Shown here one piece after another: positions 49,687 to 59,293 of a stretch of 64,000 nt of DNA (within the stretch, counting starts at the first letter, position 1; each line of letters begins with the position of its first letter). The translations under genes and the position numbers were made by a program. The notes beneath the pieces were generated by a model. The model worked only from the letters and a program-made list of their open reading frames with translations. It was not told the DNA's origin and searched no databases. This DNA comes from Bacillota bacterium. Lineage in GTDB: Bacteria > Bacillota > SHA-98 > UBA4971. Where the stretch lies: positions 3,649-67,648 of the forward strand of contig DUVA01000129.1 in the NCBI GenBank assembly GCA_012841305.1, written 5' to 3'.

Positions 49687-50175
49687 TCAGTGAATCTCAA
49701 TGTCAGAAGCGCCGAACTTGCCGTATACGTCTCTGACGTCATCCACCTGATCGTCATTGGCTTTTACTATAGCCAAGACCTTTCCCTCTTTGACCTTGCT
49801 TTCATAGAACTTGCTGCGATCTTCCGGAATTCCTAAATCCACAAGGCTGCCCACAAGTCCGCCTGCCACTGCTCCTGTAAGTCCTGCAGCTATGGGTCCG
49901 ATGGCGACAATTGGGCCTATTCCGGGTATGGCAAGAGCTCCTAGTCCGGCAAGCACTCCTGCAGTACCCCCTATTGCTCCTCCGCTGACTGTACCACCGG
50001 ACATATCCGTACCGCGGCCCATTCTGAGCCCGCCTTCACCGCGATCACCGCCGCGTCCTCGATCGTCTTTGGCAACTATGGATAGCTTGTCATCACCGAA
50101 GCCCTTCTTCTTCAGCTCATGAACGGCCCTCTCCGCCTCGTCACGCATGCCGAATGTGCCTATGATATTTGCCAT
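49687..50175 (-). CDS. Glycine-zipper general-stress-type protein (YflT/GsiB-like). It has an N-terminal stress domain plus a Gly-rich membrane-interacting segment.
   Basis: The G-x-x-x-G repeats are GGAIGGTAGVLAGLGALAIPGIGPIVAIGPIAAGLTGAVAGGLVG. It abuts the Spo0E-like gene (stop and start are adjacent). Confidence 0.45.
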   Translation of the reverse strand: MANIIGTFGMRDEAERAVHELKKKGFGDDKLSIVAKDDRGRGGDRGEGGLRMGRGTDMSGGTVSGGAIGGTAGVLAGLGALAIPGIGPIVAIGPIAAGLTGAVAGGLVGSLVDLGIPEDRSKFYESKVKEGKVLAIVKANDDQVDDVRDVYGKFGASDIEIH

Positions 50176-50427
50176 CTATCTTGCCTCCTCCTTCTTAGTA
50201 GGGTTCGGCTTTAGTTTGACATAATAGCCAGGCTCATATGCGCCATCCAGCCTCTCTTTTAGACGGAGGTATTCAGCGACCAGCTCGTCGAGGCGTTCAC
50301 TGATATCATAAGTCTCATCACTGTCAAGTTTTCCTTGATGCTGGACTATCGTTAGGTGCAACTCCCTGCGCAAGTCCTCTATGGCTATTCGCAGTGTCTG
50401 CAGTCTTCTCTGTAGGTCTTGTGTCAT
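50176..50427 (-). CDS. Spo0E-family sporulation regulatory protein (putative aspartyl-phosphate phosphatase)
   Basis: This 83-aa helical protein carries DISERLDELVAEYLRL, resembling the Spo0E SQELDxLIxEY motif. The RBS is GGAGGGAG. Confidence 0.45.
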   Translation of the reverse strand: MTQDLQRRLQTLRIAIEDLRRELHLTIVQHQGKLDSDETYDISERLDELVAEYLRLKERLDGAYEPGYYVKLKPNPTKKEEAR

Positions 50428-50707
50428 CTGGCTCCCTCCGAATAAGGAACGATCCGATTTTGCGTTGGCCCGTTACGACAGTGACAGGTGACATCCTTCG
50501 GTTCTCATCGACATGCAAATAAGAATTCGCCTATCGAAGTTGGAATCCTCTTTTGTTTCGATACCTATTGACATAGTTTTGCTCCACATTCAACCTTAGT
50601 ATCCTTAACTTACATAGAGGAGCTGTTTCGCCTTCGTAGAACTGGCAAGTACCATCTTATATGCGTCCTGGGTCAAAGGACGTCGAGCAAGGAGGAGAGC
50701 CCGAGTC

Positions 50708-52093
50708 TTGGATCCAAAGATTGCCGCAACAGTCTTGACCATTCTACTCTATGTTTTCTCAGCGAACAATCCTAAGCCTGAGAACGTTGCCACACCGTCG
50801 CCGGTAGGCGCATATGAGGTGACTGCCACAGCGCAAACAGAAAGCAAGAAACCCATTGCTGCCCAAGACCATGTCTTGGCTTCTGTCAAGGAACTCGCCA
50901 GGGTTCGCAAAGGGCCGGGAACAGAGTTTCCCACTTTGCAGAAACTGCCCTCCGGTGCCGGAGTCACTGTTATTGCCTCGCTTGATGATTGGTATCAGGT
51001 AAGGCTCTCCAACGGAAAGACCGGCTGGATTGCTGAATTTCTCCTTGAAGGCAGTGATCTGCCTTCCCTCGACCGTGTCGATACAAACAAGTCTCTGCCA
51101 GGTAGTGTCCAAAGAGCACCTGAAATAGGAATCGGTAAACGAAAAATAGTCGGATACTATACAGAGGATTACCCTGGCGACCCAACATCATACGGGTCTC
51201 TTCTGCCTAACAAAGATTTTCTTGACGGCATAGCCATTTTCTCGCATCCAGTGAGTAAGGACGGGAGAGTACTAGGCGAGACCAGCAAAAGAGCGATGAA
51301 AGTCGCAAAGTCAGGAGATATCCAAACTCTGGCCCTTGTACATAACTTAGTGCAAGGCAGATTTGATGACAAGCGCGCTCATGCGCTACTTCAAAGCTAC
51401 AATTCGCGGGCAAAGGCGATTTCGGACATTGTCGGGATCTTAGAAGACCAAGGCTACGACGGGGTTAACATAGATCTTGAGAATGTGAATCCCCGAGACC
51501 GCGACAATCTTACGGCTTTCATGAATGAACTTCGGGCTCGTCTAAAACCCCGTGGATATCTGGTGACTATGTCAGTGCCTGCTAAGACTCAGGACCACGC
51601 AGGACAATCGTGGGTTGGCGCCTTTGACTACTACGCATTGGGAAAAGCCTGCGATTACCTGATGCTAATGACGTATGATGAGCACTCTCATGTCAGCGGA
51701 TCCGGACCTGTGGCTTCCTTCCCTTGGGTGGAGAGGGTAATCAAGTATGCAATAACTCAGATACCAAGGCATAAGGTGCTAATGGGAGTGCCTGCGTACG
51801 GCTATGACTGGAATCTCGCCACAAAAAGGACTGTAGCGCTTTCATATACCCAAGTAATGAACCGCGCAAATCGCATGGGAATCGACCCGTCTTGGGATTC
51901 CAATGCAAGATCACCGTACTTCAAATATGTGGAGAACGGCGCGCACCACGAAGTATGGTTTGAGTCTCCGCACAGTCTGAAACCAAAACTTGAGCTCGTG
52001 GAGAAATATGACATCGGCGGTATAGCCATTTGGAAATTGGGATATGAAGACAGTCATTACTGGAAGGCTATTGCCGATGGTTTAGCCAAGTAG
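50708..52093 (+). CDS. Glycoside hydrolase family 18 protein with an N-terminal SH3b domain (YaaH/SleL-like spore peptidoglycan hydrolase candidate)
   Basis: A signal peptide is followed by an SH3_3-like segment (YQVRLSNGKTGWIAEFLL). The GH18 catalytic motif is DGVNIDLE (the DxxDxDxE type). The start is TTG with AAGGAGGAG 9 nt upstream. Confidence 0.75.
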   Translation: MDPKIAATVLTILLYVFSANNPKPENVATPSPVGAYEVTATAQTESKKPIAAQDHVLASVKELARVRKGPGTEFPTLQKLPSGAGVTVIASLDDWYQVRLSNGKTGWIAEFLLEGSDLPSLDRVDTNKSLPGSVQRAPEIGIGKRKIVGYYTEDYPGDPTSYGSLLPNKDFLDGIAIFSHPVSKDGRVLGETSKRAMKVAKSGDIQTLALVHNLVQGRFDDKRAHALLQSYNSRAKAISDIVGILEDQGYDGVNIDLENVNPRDRDNLTAFMNELRARLKPRGYLVTMSVPAKTQDHAGQSWVGAFDYYALGKACDYLMLMTYDEHSHVSGSGPVASFPWVERVIKYAITQIPRHKVLMGVPAYGYDWNLATKRTVALSYTQVMNRANRMGIDPSWDSNARSPYFKYVENGAHHEVWFESPHSLKPKLELVEKYDIGGIAIWKLGYEDSHYWKAIADGLAK

Positions 52094-52095
52094 CC

Positions 52096-53118
52096 CTAAT
52101 CAGCGTCGAGCAAATCTGATATCGTGAGAAACCCGTAGCCTGCTTTCCTTGAAGCATCCACTATTACGGGGAGGGCCTCAACAAAAGACCGAGTGGGATG
52201 AGCTAATATGATAGCTCCGGGTGTAATTTTCTGTATGACGCGACCGGATACCTTCTTCGGATCTTCAGTGTTCCAGTCAAGTGTGTCAATGGTCCACATA
52301 ACTGTGGTGTATCCTAGGGACGCAGCTGCTGAGACTATTGTTTGGTTGCATTCGCCGTAAGGCGGAGCAAAGAGCCGACTTGGCGTAACTCCCAAGCTGA
52401 TAAGGAGTTTTTCGTTATCTGAGATCAGTTTCCGTATTGAAGGTTCACTCATCTTCTCCACATGAACATGTTGATATCCATGGTTGGCCACTTCATGCCT
52501 CTCTTCGTTGAGACGTCTTACCATATCCGGAAATTTCTCGGCCCACTCACCGTCAATGAAAAACGTCGCTTTTATATTGTTTTCACGCAGGATCTCAAGT
52601 AAGCGGGGTAGATGCTCTTCGCCCCAGGCTATGTTAATCCCCATTGCCATAGCATGCTTCTCTGTGCTAATACGGTAAACAGGGTCGAAGTGACGCGTAG
52701 TTATAGCCGGGGCAATTGCAATTCGTACCAATTCCACCTTCTCTCCTGGCTTTGCTCTCATGATTCGATTCACAGTCAGATCTACGTCAATATCCAGTCC
52801 AGGCTCTTCCGGGATTAACTCGCCTGTCTCTTTGTAAAACATGGCGTCTTTTGGGGCGGTTCGTTCCTGGTCCGCCATGGCTTCTACAACTTTTCTTACC
52901 TCATTAGGGAGATATCCTGAGATCACCCGCGTCTCTAGGGTAACTCCGGGCTTTGCTCCGTAAACCATACGTCTGATATCATCCAGAGAAGACACAAGGA
53001 CCACCGTAAATACGAAGACTAAGACGGCGAATGCCATAAGTAGCGCCATTTGTCTTGTAATCACAATTGCAGTGAGACGGCCTTCACGTTTGGGAGCTAG
53101 TCTGTTCTTACGTTTCAT
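52096..53118 (-). CDS. Polysaccharide deacetylase (NodB family), membrane-anchored
   Basis: TFFIDGEW...NHGYQHVH is a canonical NodB motif set. It has an N-terminal TM. Confidence 0.8.
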   Translation of the reverse strand: MKRKNRLAPKREGRLTAIVITRQMALLMAFAVLVFVFTVVLVSSLDDIRRMVYGAKPGVTLETRVISGYLPNEVRKVVEAMADQERTAPKDAMFYKETGELIPEEPGLDIDVDLTVNRIMRAKPGEKVELVRIAIAPAITTRHFDPVYRISTEKHAMAMGINIAWGEEHLPRLLEILRENNIKATFFIDGEWAEKFPDMVRRLNEERHEVANHGYQHVHVEKMSEPSIRKLISDNEKLLISLGVTPSRLFAPPYGECNQTIVSAAASLGYTTVMWTIDTLDWNTEDPKKVSGRVIQKITPGAIILAHPTRSFVEALPVIVDASRKAGYGFLTISDLLDAD

Positions 53119-53929
53119 CTAAAAGGCTCCTCCTTTCGACTCGGCCTGCTGAGGGTACATGTATTGGTCGCATTTCACCTGTATGGGGGTGTATGTAATA
53201 ATCGCCTTCAAGCAGGAGTTGGCTCAAAGGGACTATTTCGTATCCTTGGTCCTTGATAGCTTCAATGATTTGTGGTAGGGCTTCCGGAGTATTGCGTCCT
53301 GTCACGTGAAATCTGATGATTGCGCCTTTGTGGAGTTTTCCCAAGATCCTCGTTAACATGTCAGCTGAGGATGTTCCGCGCCAGTCCAATGATTCTATGC
53401 TCCAAATCACTGTTTCGTAGCCAAGTTCTCTCGCGACTTCGATAACTTTGTTGCTGTACTCGCCGTAAGGAGGCCTAAAGACCTTAGGGGCTTGACCGGA
53501 AACTCTTTCAATGTATTTATGAGCCTTTTCCAACTCCCGTTTGAGATCAGCCTTTAGCAAAGAGTTTGGGTGAGGCGCAAAGTAGGTGTAGTTGCCAAGC
53601 TCGTGGCTGCTCTCACTGATGGCTCTTACTGAATCTTCGTGTTTCTCCATCCATTCTCCTGATAGAAAGAAGGTTGCTGTGACATTGTGCTCTTCTAGGA
53701 CGCCCAAGATTCCTCGGGTCATATCCTTCCCAGGTGCGCCTTCAAATGTGATACTAACCCTTGGTTCCGGTGTCAATACGGAATAGACAGGGACAAGCCT
53801 GCCGGACACGGTGGAAACGACTGCTTTTGCTGCTGTGAGTAATAGGATTTGAGAGGTATCAGCGATAATAAGCAGAAGCACAAGTATTAGAATCAGTCTG
53901 CCCCAATTCCGTCCGATGACGATTAGCAT
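53108..53929 (-). CDS. Polysaccharide deacetylase (NodB family) paralog with a variant motif 2
   Basis: TFFLSGEWMEKH...ELGNYTYFAPHP shows the first His of the HxxxxH motif replaced by Tyr. It has an N-terminal TM. Confidence 0.7.
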   Translation of the reverse strand: MLIVIGRNWGRLILILVLLLIIADTSQILLLTAAKAVVSTVSGRLVPVYSVLTPEPRVSITFEGAPGKDMTRGILGVLEEHNVTATFFLSGEWMEKHEDSVRAISESSHELGNYTYFAPHPNSLLKADLKRELEKAHKYIERVSGQAPKVFRPPYGEYSNKVIEVARELGYETVIWSIESLDWRGTSSADMLTRILGKLHKGAIIRFHVTGRNTPEALPQIIEAIKDQGYEIVPLSQLLLEGDYYIHPHTGEMRPIHVPSAGRVERRSLLDET

Positions 53930-54011
53930 CCGAGGAGTCCTCCTTAAAGGAGAGCATTTCCCATAATACTTATGCGGGATCCGGAGATGGAATGCAGATG
54001 TGTTGACGAAA

Positions 54012-54037
54012 GTAGCCAGGCGGGGGTGCCTGGCTAC
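54012..54037 (-). terminator. Hairpin overlapping the stop of the SleB-like gene
   Basis: GTAGCCAGGC-gggggt-GCCTGGCTAC is a perfect 10-bp stem. It is followed by UUUCGUC (minus strand) or UUUGCAAAAUAAU (plus strand). Confidence 0.4.
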
Positions 54038-54494
54038 TTTGCAAAATAATGATTCCCTATAACAGTGGTTACCGTTCTTGAGAAGATCCAGTAGGATGTG
54101 ACGCGAGCGGGATTATAGAAATACAAGGCGCCATAGGAGGGGTCCCGACCTGACATCGCTTCCCCGGCTGCTCTATACGAATCCGAGTCCGGCTTGTTGT
54201 TAAACTGGCCGTCGTAGATTGATGTGAATGCCCAGTCCTGGAAAATGACACCTGAAATAGTCGAAGGAAAGAGAGGGCTGTAGACTCTGTTCATCACTAC
54301 AGCGCCAACTGCGACTTTACCGAGATAGGGTTCGCCTCTGGCTTCACCGGATATTACCTGAGCAAGGAGTTCATAGTCAGATTGGCCTGCGCTGGCAATG
54401 TCCGTCTCTGTACCTGAAAATCCTATGCATAACACCATAATCGGCGCCAGGATACAACTGAGTAGAATTAAACAAGCTTTTCGGCATCTCATGG
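54034..54494 (-). CDS. Cell-wall hydrolase of the SleB/CwlJ (Hydrolase_2) family, a spore cortex-lytic enzyme candidate
   Basis: It carries EARGEPYLGKVAVGAVVMNRV and YDGQF motifs. An AAGGGGG RBS precedes the ATG at 54494, followed by a signal peptide. Confidence 0.75.
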
Positions 54495-54612
54495 TTTCGC
54501 CCCCTTCATGGAACAAATACATATGGTTTCGAAAAGGCGAACTCATGAGCGGATTATAGCATGGGGATCTCAGGTGGACAACTGGAACATGCTGCTAAGA
54601 GAGGGATAAACC

Positions 54613-56787
54613 TCATTGGCTGCCCAGCCATCTTAGGACAGACTCCACTGCCTGACCACTGTTTTCGACTGCCAGATTCACAGCGGGAAGGGACGACAAG
54701 AAGGCCTGCCCGTACCATTTCGCTACCAGGCGATTATCCAAAACTACGACCACGCCTCGATCCTCACTGCTTCTTATCAGACGCCCAAAGCCCTGTCGAA
54801 ACCTGATTACCGCTGAAGGAAGCGCATAAGACTTGAAACCGTCAATGTTCTCGGCTCTAAGAGCCTCCATTCTTGCCTCATAGACAGGGTTAGTAGGGAC
54901 TTGAAACGGAAGTCTCACCAGAATCACGCATGAAAGGGCGTCACCTGGGACATCGACTCCTTGCCAAAAGCTATCAGCTCCAAGGAGCGCGCCTGGTTCC
55001 TCACGAAAAGACGTAAGCATGCGATGGCGAGGCATTGTGCCCTGCCTGAATACTCTGATACCGGACTGTTCCAAATTCGGCCGAATCATCTCTTCAACCC
55101 GGTCCAGCATGGCATAGGCCGTAAACAGCACAAATGCCCGTCCTTGCGATGCCAGGACAATATCTGAAATCAGCTTTCCCGCCTTCTCAATAAACAACGG
55201 GTCGCGGGGGTCAGGCAAGTCGTCGGGAACTATGAGTAAAGCCTGATTCTTGAAGTCAAAAGGTGAATCAAAGATGAATTCTAAAGCGGGATCCGGTTGC
55301 TCGTCAAGTCCTACGAGGCGCTTGAAAAAATGGAAATCCCCTCCTACAGTCATTGTAGCGGAGGTGAGGATCACTGATTCCGTCATGCCGAATAAATGCC
55401 GGCGCAAGTAAGGCGCTACATTGAGGGGTGTTGCGTTAAGCTGAATATTGGAAGGTGTGCTTGTACCCCAGTAAACGAATTCGCTGTCTTCCATGGATAC
55501 TGCGAAGCTAAGAGCATTGGTTTCTGAAGACAGTCTGCCTACCACTCCTTGGATGTCCCCTTGTAGGGACTTAAGACCGTTATCAGAATCCTCTTCAAGC
55601 ATATCGAGAAGTCCTAGAATTTGATTTAGATTCCTGGCTAACTCCTGCCCTCTGATTATGGCATTCTCTGCCCCGGGAAGGATTACATCCTGCCATTTTG
55701 CCAATTCCGTGATGTCTTCCTTCAGCCTGACAGCATGGTTTCCTCCGCGGTATTTTGCTGAAGCGTATTTTAGAAATTCGCCAAGAGACTGAAAGAAAGA
55801 AGCTGAGGCCTCATAGCTTCTCCTTGTAGCCTCTATTGAAGTGTCAATGCAAGATACTATCTTCTGTACAAGGCTGTCTTTTGCGTCAGGTTTGGCAGTA
55901 AACACCATCGCCCTTAGATTAAACAGCAAGCCTCCTCTGCTACGACGAGGGCCTTCAACATTAACCAGCTCGTTATGAGCTCTCTGCATGTTTAGGAGGC
56001 TTGCTCCATATCCCAAATGCTCTTCAGCCACATCAGCGAGGTTGTGAGCCTCATCCAGAATGAGATATTCATATTCAGGAAGCACTCGACTACCAAGGCT
56101 GTCAGGCATCGTCATTCGTAGGGCAAGGTCAGAAAACAGAAGATGATGGTTGGTTACGAGAATATCGGCATCTTCCATCTCAGAACGCGCTTTCACAAAA
56201 TAGCACTTCTTGCCCCAGGGACATCGAGTCCTTAGACAAGACATGGAATCTGATGAGACGCGATCCCAGATTTCAGCAGGCGCTTCCAGGTGAAAATCAG
56301 ATCTCGAGCCGGTCGTGACTTGGGATAATTCGCTGATAAACTCGGTAAAAGCCAACCGCAGGTCATCATCAACCTCGTCTTCCATTTCACTTGAAAGCAT
56401 TGCAAGCTTCCTGAGGCAGACATAGTTGGATCTCCCTTTTACCAGGCAATACCGGAACTCCATGTCCAGGGAGTTGATAAGAGAAGGAAGGTCTTTATGA
56501 ATAAGCTGTTCTTGGAGGTTAATAGTATTTGTGGAAATAACAACCTTGTTGCCGGTATTGGAAGCCCATAGGATTGCAGGAACAAGATAAGCAATGGATT
56601 TGCCGGTGCCTGTGCCGCTTTCCACAAGGGCATGGCGTGAAGTAAAGAAGCTACGCAGTACTCCAAAAGCCATTTCCAGTTGGGAGCCTCGAAACTCGTA
56701 TCCAGACACTGTTTTTGCCAAAGGGCCTTCAGGCCCGAATACCGCTTGGATCTTGTCTTGAATCTCTTCCTGTGTGACTTCTGTCAA
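54613..56787 (-). CDS. dinG: DinG/XPD-like ATP-dependent DNA helicase (superfamily 2, Fe-S type)
   Basis: It has the motifs GTGKS, DEAH-like LILDEAHNL and a four-Cys cluster (C...C..C...C) in the helicase insert. It is 724 aa. Confidence 0.8.
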   Translation of the reverse strand: MTEVTQEEIQDKIQAVFGPEGPLAKTVSGYEFRGSQLEMAFGVLRSFFTSRHALVESGTGTGKSIAYLVPAILWASNTGNKVVISTNTINLQEQLIHKDLPSLINSLDMEFRYCLVKGRSNYVCLRKLAMLSSEMEDEVDDDLRLAFTEFISELSQVTTGSRSDFHLEAPAEIWDRVSSDSMSCLRTRCPWGKKCYFVKARSEMEDADILVTNHHLLFSDLALRMTMPDSLGSRVLPEYEYLILDEAHNLADVAEEHLGYGASLLNMQRAHNELVNVEGPRRSRGGLLFNLRAMVFTAKPDAKDSLVQKIVSCIDTSIEATRRSYEASASFFQSLGEFLKYASAKYRGGNHAVRLKEDITELAKWQDVILPGAENAIIRGQELARNLNQILGLLDMLEEDSDNGLKSLQGDIQGVVGRLSSETNALSFAVSMEDSEFVYWGTSTPSNIQLNATPLNVAPYLRRHLFGMTESVILTSATMTVGGDFHFFKRLVGLDEQPDPALEFIFDSPFDFKNQALLIVPDDLPDPRDPLFIEKAGKLISDIVLASQGRAFVLFTAYAMLDRVEEMIRPNLEQSGIRVFRQGTMPRHRMLTSFREEPGALLGADSFWQGVDVPGDALSCVILVRLPFQVPTNPVYEARMEALRAENIDGFKSYALPSAVIRFRQGFGRLIRSSEDRGVVVVLDNRLVAKWYGQAFLSSLPAVNLAVENSGQAVESVLRWLGSQ

Positions 56788-57654
56788 TTACCACGTCACC
56801 GCCTCTCGGGCCAGACGCCTGATGGCAGCCAGATTTCGCTTGTCGTCTTCAAGGTTCTTCTTAGGTGTTTCCAAAACAAAAGGCACCTCTCTAAGCTTGG
56901 AGTTTCCGAGTATGACGCGAAATCCTTCCTCTCCAATCATGCCTTGGCCGATATCCGCGTGGCGGTCAAGACGGGAACCCAGTGCGCCCACTGAGTCATT
57001 GGCATGCACAACACCGACAGATGATATTCCCAGAATCCTATCAAGCTGCTCTAAAGTGCCGGCAAGTCCTTCTCTGGTCGCAATATCATGGCCGGCTGCG
57101 AACATATGGCATGTGTCCAGACAGATTCCCAGAGGCGCCTCTTCTGCCATGTCCATTATCGCTCTTTGGTGGTCAAACATCCACCCGACTTCAGTTCCTG
57201 CGCCTGAAACCATCTCAAGAAGGAGAAGCAATCCGCATTTCCGGGTCAACCCCGCCATATCACATGCCTTGGTAATAGCAGCCGCAATTCTTTGAGTTCC
57301 TGCTTCTATGCCTGAGCCAAGGTGATTGCCAGGGTGAAACACCAGGTAGTCTGCGCCGAGAGACAAAGAGCGGATTATTTCTTCAGAAAGGGCACGTGTT
57401 GATAATTCGTAGGTTGTCTCTTTCGGCGAAGCAAGGTTAAGAAGATACGGAGCGTGGATAACCAGTGGTCTTATATGTTCTTGGTCAAGACCCCGCCTAA
57501 AAGCCAAAGCTTCATCTTCATTTATTATAGATTTCCTAAGACTTCTGGGACTTCCGGCGAACATTTGAATAGTGTCACACTTGAGGCTAATTGCATCTTG
57601 CAAGGCTTTGTTAAGGCCGCCTGCCTTGCTTACGTGTACTCCGAATTTCATCAT
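56788..57654 (-). CDS. nfo: Endonuclease IV (deoxyribonuclease IV)
   Basis: MKFGVHVSKAGG...HAPYLLNLAS...VLETP. An AGGAGGGAG RBS lies before the ATG at 57654. Confidence 0.9.
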   Translation of the reverse strand: MMKFGVHVSKAGGLNKALQDAISLKCDTIQMFAGSPRSLRKSIINEDEALAFRRGLDQEHIRPLVIHAPYLLNLASPKETTYELSTRALSEEIIRSLSLGADYLVFHPGNHLGSGIEAGTQRIAAAITKACDMAGLTRKCGLLLLLEMVSGAGTEVGWMFDHQRAIMDMAEEAPLGICLDTCHMFAAGHDIATREGLAGTLEQLDRILGISSVGVVHANDSVGALGSRLDRHADIGQGMIGEEGFRVILGNSKLREVPFVLETPKKNLEDDKRNLAAIRRLAREAVTW

Positions 57655-57716
57655 ACGCTCCCTCCTGTCCAGGTATTCGATGCAAGACACGCGTTTCCTG
57701 CACTTATTCGTACCTC

Positions 57717-58514
57717 TTATGGCTGTTGACTGCGGCCTAATCGGTCAATAAAGCGGAGGACCGGATTTTTGTCAATAACCTTGGAGAGAGAGTGGCGTTC
57801 TGTGTAGATATGCACACAAATAAGGGATAGAAGCACAAAAGCCTTGATATGCAGAGGCAAGCTCACCGCAACCCAATAACCCAATGCTGCCCCCAGCGGG
57901 TTCGCGCCTGCGTCTCCCATCATGCATTGTTCCCTTAACTCATCACTGAGCCCTGCCAGTACGGCGCCTGCAAGCCCCACAGGAACCAGTGCAGCAGGAG
58001 ACCGGCAGTCGAACGACATGAGCAACACGAAGATAATTAAAAAGGCTTTTACTGAACGTCCGGGCCGAAGGTCCAAAAGATTTATGAAGTTTGCGGCAAG
58101 GCTTATCAAAGTGGCATCCAAGATAAGGGTAGCAAGACCATGAACGTTTGCTGACATAGTGATGGAAACTGCGGCAAGCAACCATATGATTACAGCTTTC
58201 TGCATTCCCGTTGTGATTCTCCGGTCCCTCAAAAGAGTCTTTACATGTCCTCGGAGACCCCTTGAAACATGCGACCCGTAAACATCATCAATGAGGCCTA
58301 CAAGGGATGAGCCGACTATCAACAGAAGGCAGGAAAGGCTTGTCCGGACGTCTGTGTCAGTTGCTCCATGGCAAATCATAGTAATCATAACTGCCGAGAA
58401 GGCGGCAGTGACAAAGATTACCCCTGCTGAAGTCGGGATCAGCTTGCCTGTATAGTTATGCCGAACCAGTCCTGAAATGTCTAGCAGCCCTCGACCTGGC
58501 TTTCTGATGACCAA
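57717..58514 (-). CDS. Glycosyltransferase family 4 (MraY/WecA-like polyprenyl-phosphate sugar-phosphate transferase), short form
   Basis: It is a polytopic membrane protein with NFINLLD and MGDAGANPLGAALG motifs. Confidence 0.6.
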   Translation of the reverse strand: MVIRKPGRGLLDISGLVRHNYTGKLIPTSAGVIFVTAAFSAVMITMICHGATDTDVRTSLSCLLLIVGSSLVGLIDDVYGSHVSRGLRGHVKTLLRDRRITTGMQKAVIIWLLAAVSITMSANVHGLATLILDATLISLAANFINLLDLRPGRSVKAFLIIFVLLMSFDCRSPAALVPVGLAGAVLAGLSDELREQCMMGDAGANPLGAALGYWVAVSLPLHIKAFVLLSLICVHIYTERHSLSKVIDKNPVLRFIDRLGRSQQP

Positions 58515-58579
58515 GGCAAGGAAGGCTGCAGTAATGCCACACGTGAGTAAATCCGTTAGAATCTCTCCTATATCCTATG

Positions 58580-59281
58580 TCAACGCCCATCTTCACACCG
58601 GCGATTAACACACCGGGCAGCGATAGCCTTGGCAACCTGGTAGAACTGGCGTGATCTGTGAGAGAATCCTGCCAGATTCCATCCTGTGATTCTATGTGTC
58701 ATATCACAGTCGACCTCAATTACCCGGAAGCCTTTACGCAATGCATCAATAGTAAGGCCTACTTCCACTCCGAAGCCGGGAGCAAAAGGCATTAGCTTGA
58801 GGAAAGTATGGCGTCTTGCGGCTCGCTGTCCGGAGAGAATTGCACTTAGCTCGCTTTTGCAGAGCTGTTTTACGCCCCAGTACGCTGTTAGTTTGACAAT
58901 GCCCAGACCTTTCCGCTGCAAGTGATTGTGCTCCGGAAAACGTGCGATAGTCATATCAGCCTTGTCAGTTGCGATAGGTTCGATTAGCCTCTGAATCTCC
59001 AGTGCAGTCTCACCTATGTCTGCATCCAGGAATACGACCACATCTCCCGTGCATCTTAATGTCCCTTGCATAAGCGCAGCCCCCTTCCCTGCCCTCCGCG
59101 GCATTCGAAGCACCGAGGCGCCGGCGGCTTGTGCCTTCTCACAAGTATCATCTTTCGAGTAATCATCAACAACAATGACCTCGCATGTCCCGGACAATGC
59201 TTGCTGTGAGGCGTTCACTGTTGAGGCTATTCTTTTCGTCTCGTTATACGCGGGGATAACTATGGAAATCATGATATGCAC
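58580..59281 (-). CDS. Glycosyltransferase family 2 (Dpm1-like polyprenyl-phosphate glycosyltransferase)
   Basis: MISIVIPAYNE...VVDDYSKDDT...DADI is a GT-A DXD fold. The start is GTG at 59281 or ATG at 59272. Confidence 0.8.
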   Translation of the reverse strand: MHIMISIVIPAYNETKRIASTVNASQQALSGTCEVIVVDDYSKDDTCEKAQAAGASVLRMPRRAGKGAALMQGTLRCTGDVVVFLDADIGETALEIQRLIEPIATDKADMTIARFPEHNHLQRKGLGIVKLTAYWGVKQLCKSELSAILSGQRAARRHTFLKLMPFAPGFGVEVGLTIDALRKGFRVIEVDCDMTHRITGWNLAGFSHRSRQFYQVAKAIAARCVNRRCEDGR

Positions 59282-59293
59282 ATCCGAGACATA

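Noticed and set aside
54495-54612. Possible c-di-AMP (ydaO) riboswitch upstream of the SleB/CwlJ-like hydrolase, as often found before cell-wall hydrolase genes
   Set aside because: Only about 66-118 nt is available, and none of the conserved ydaO helices or the ACGGGG/CCCG core is visible. The region is too short and looks like a plain RBS region.
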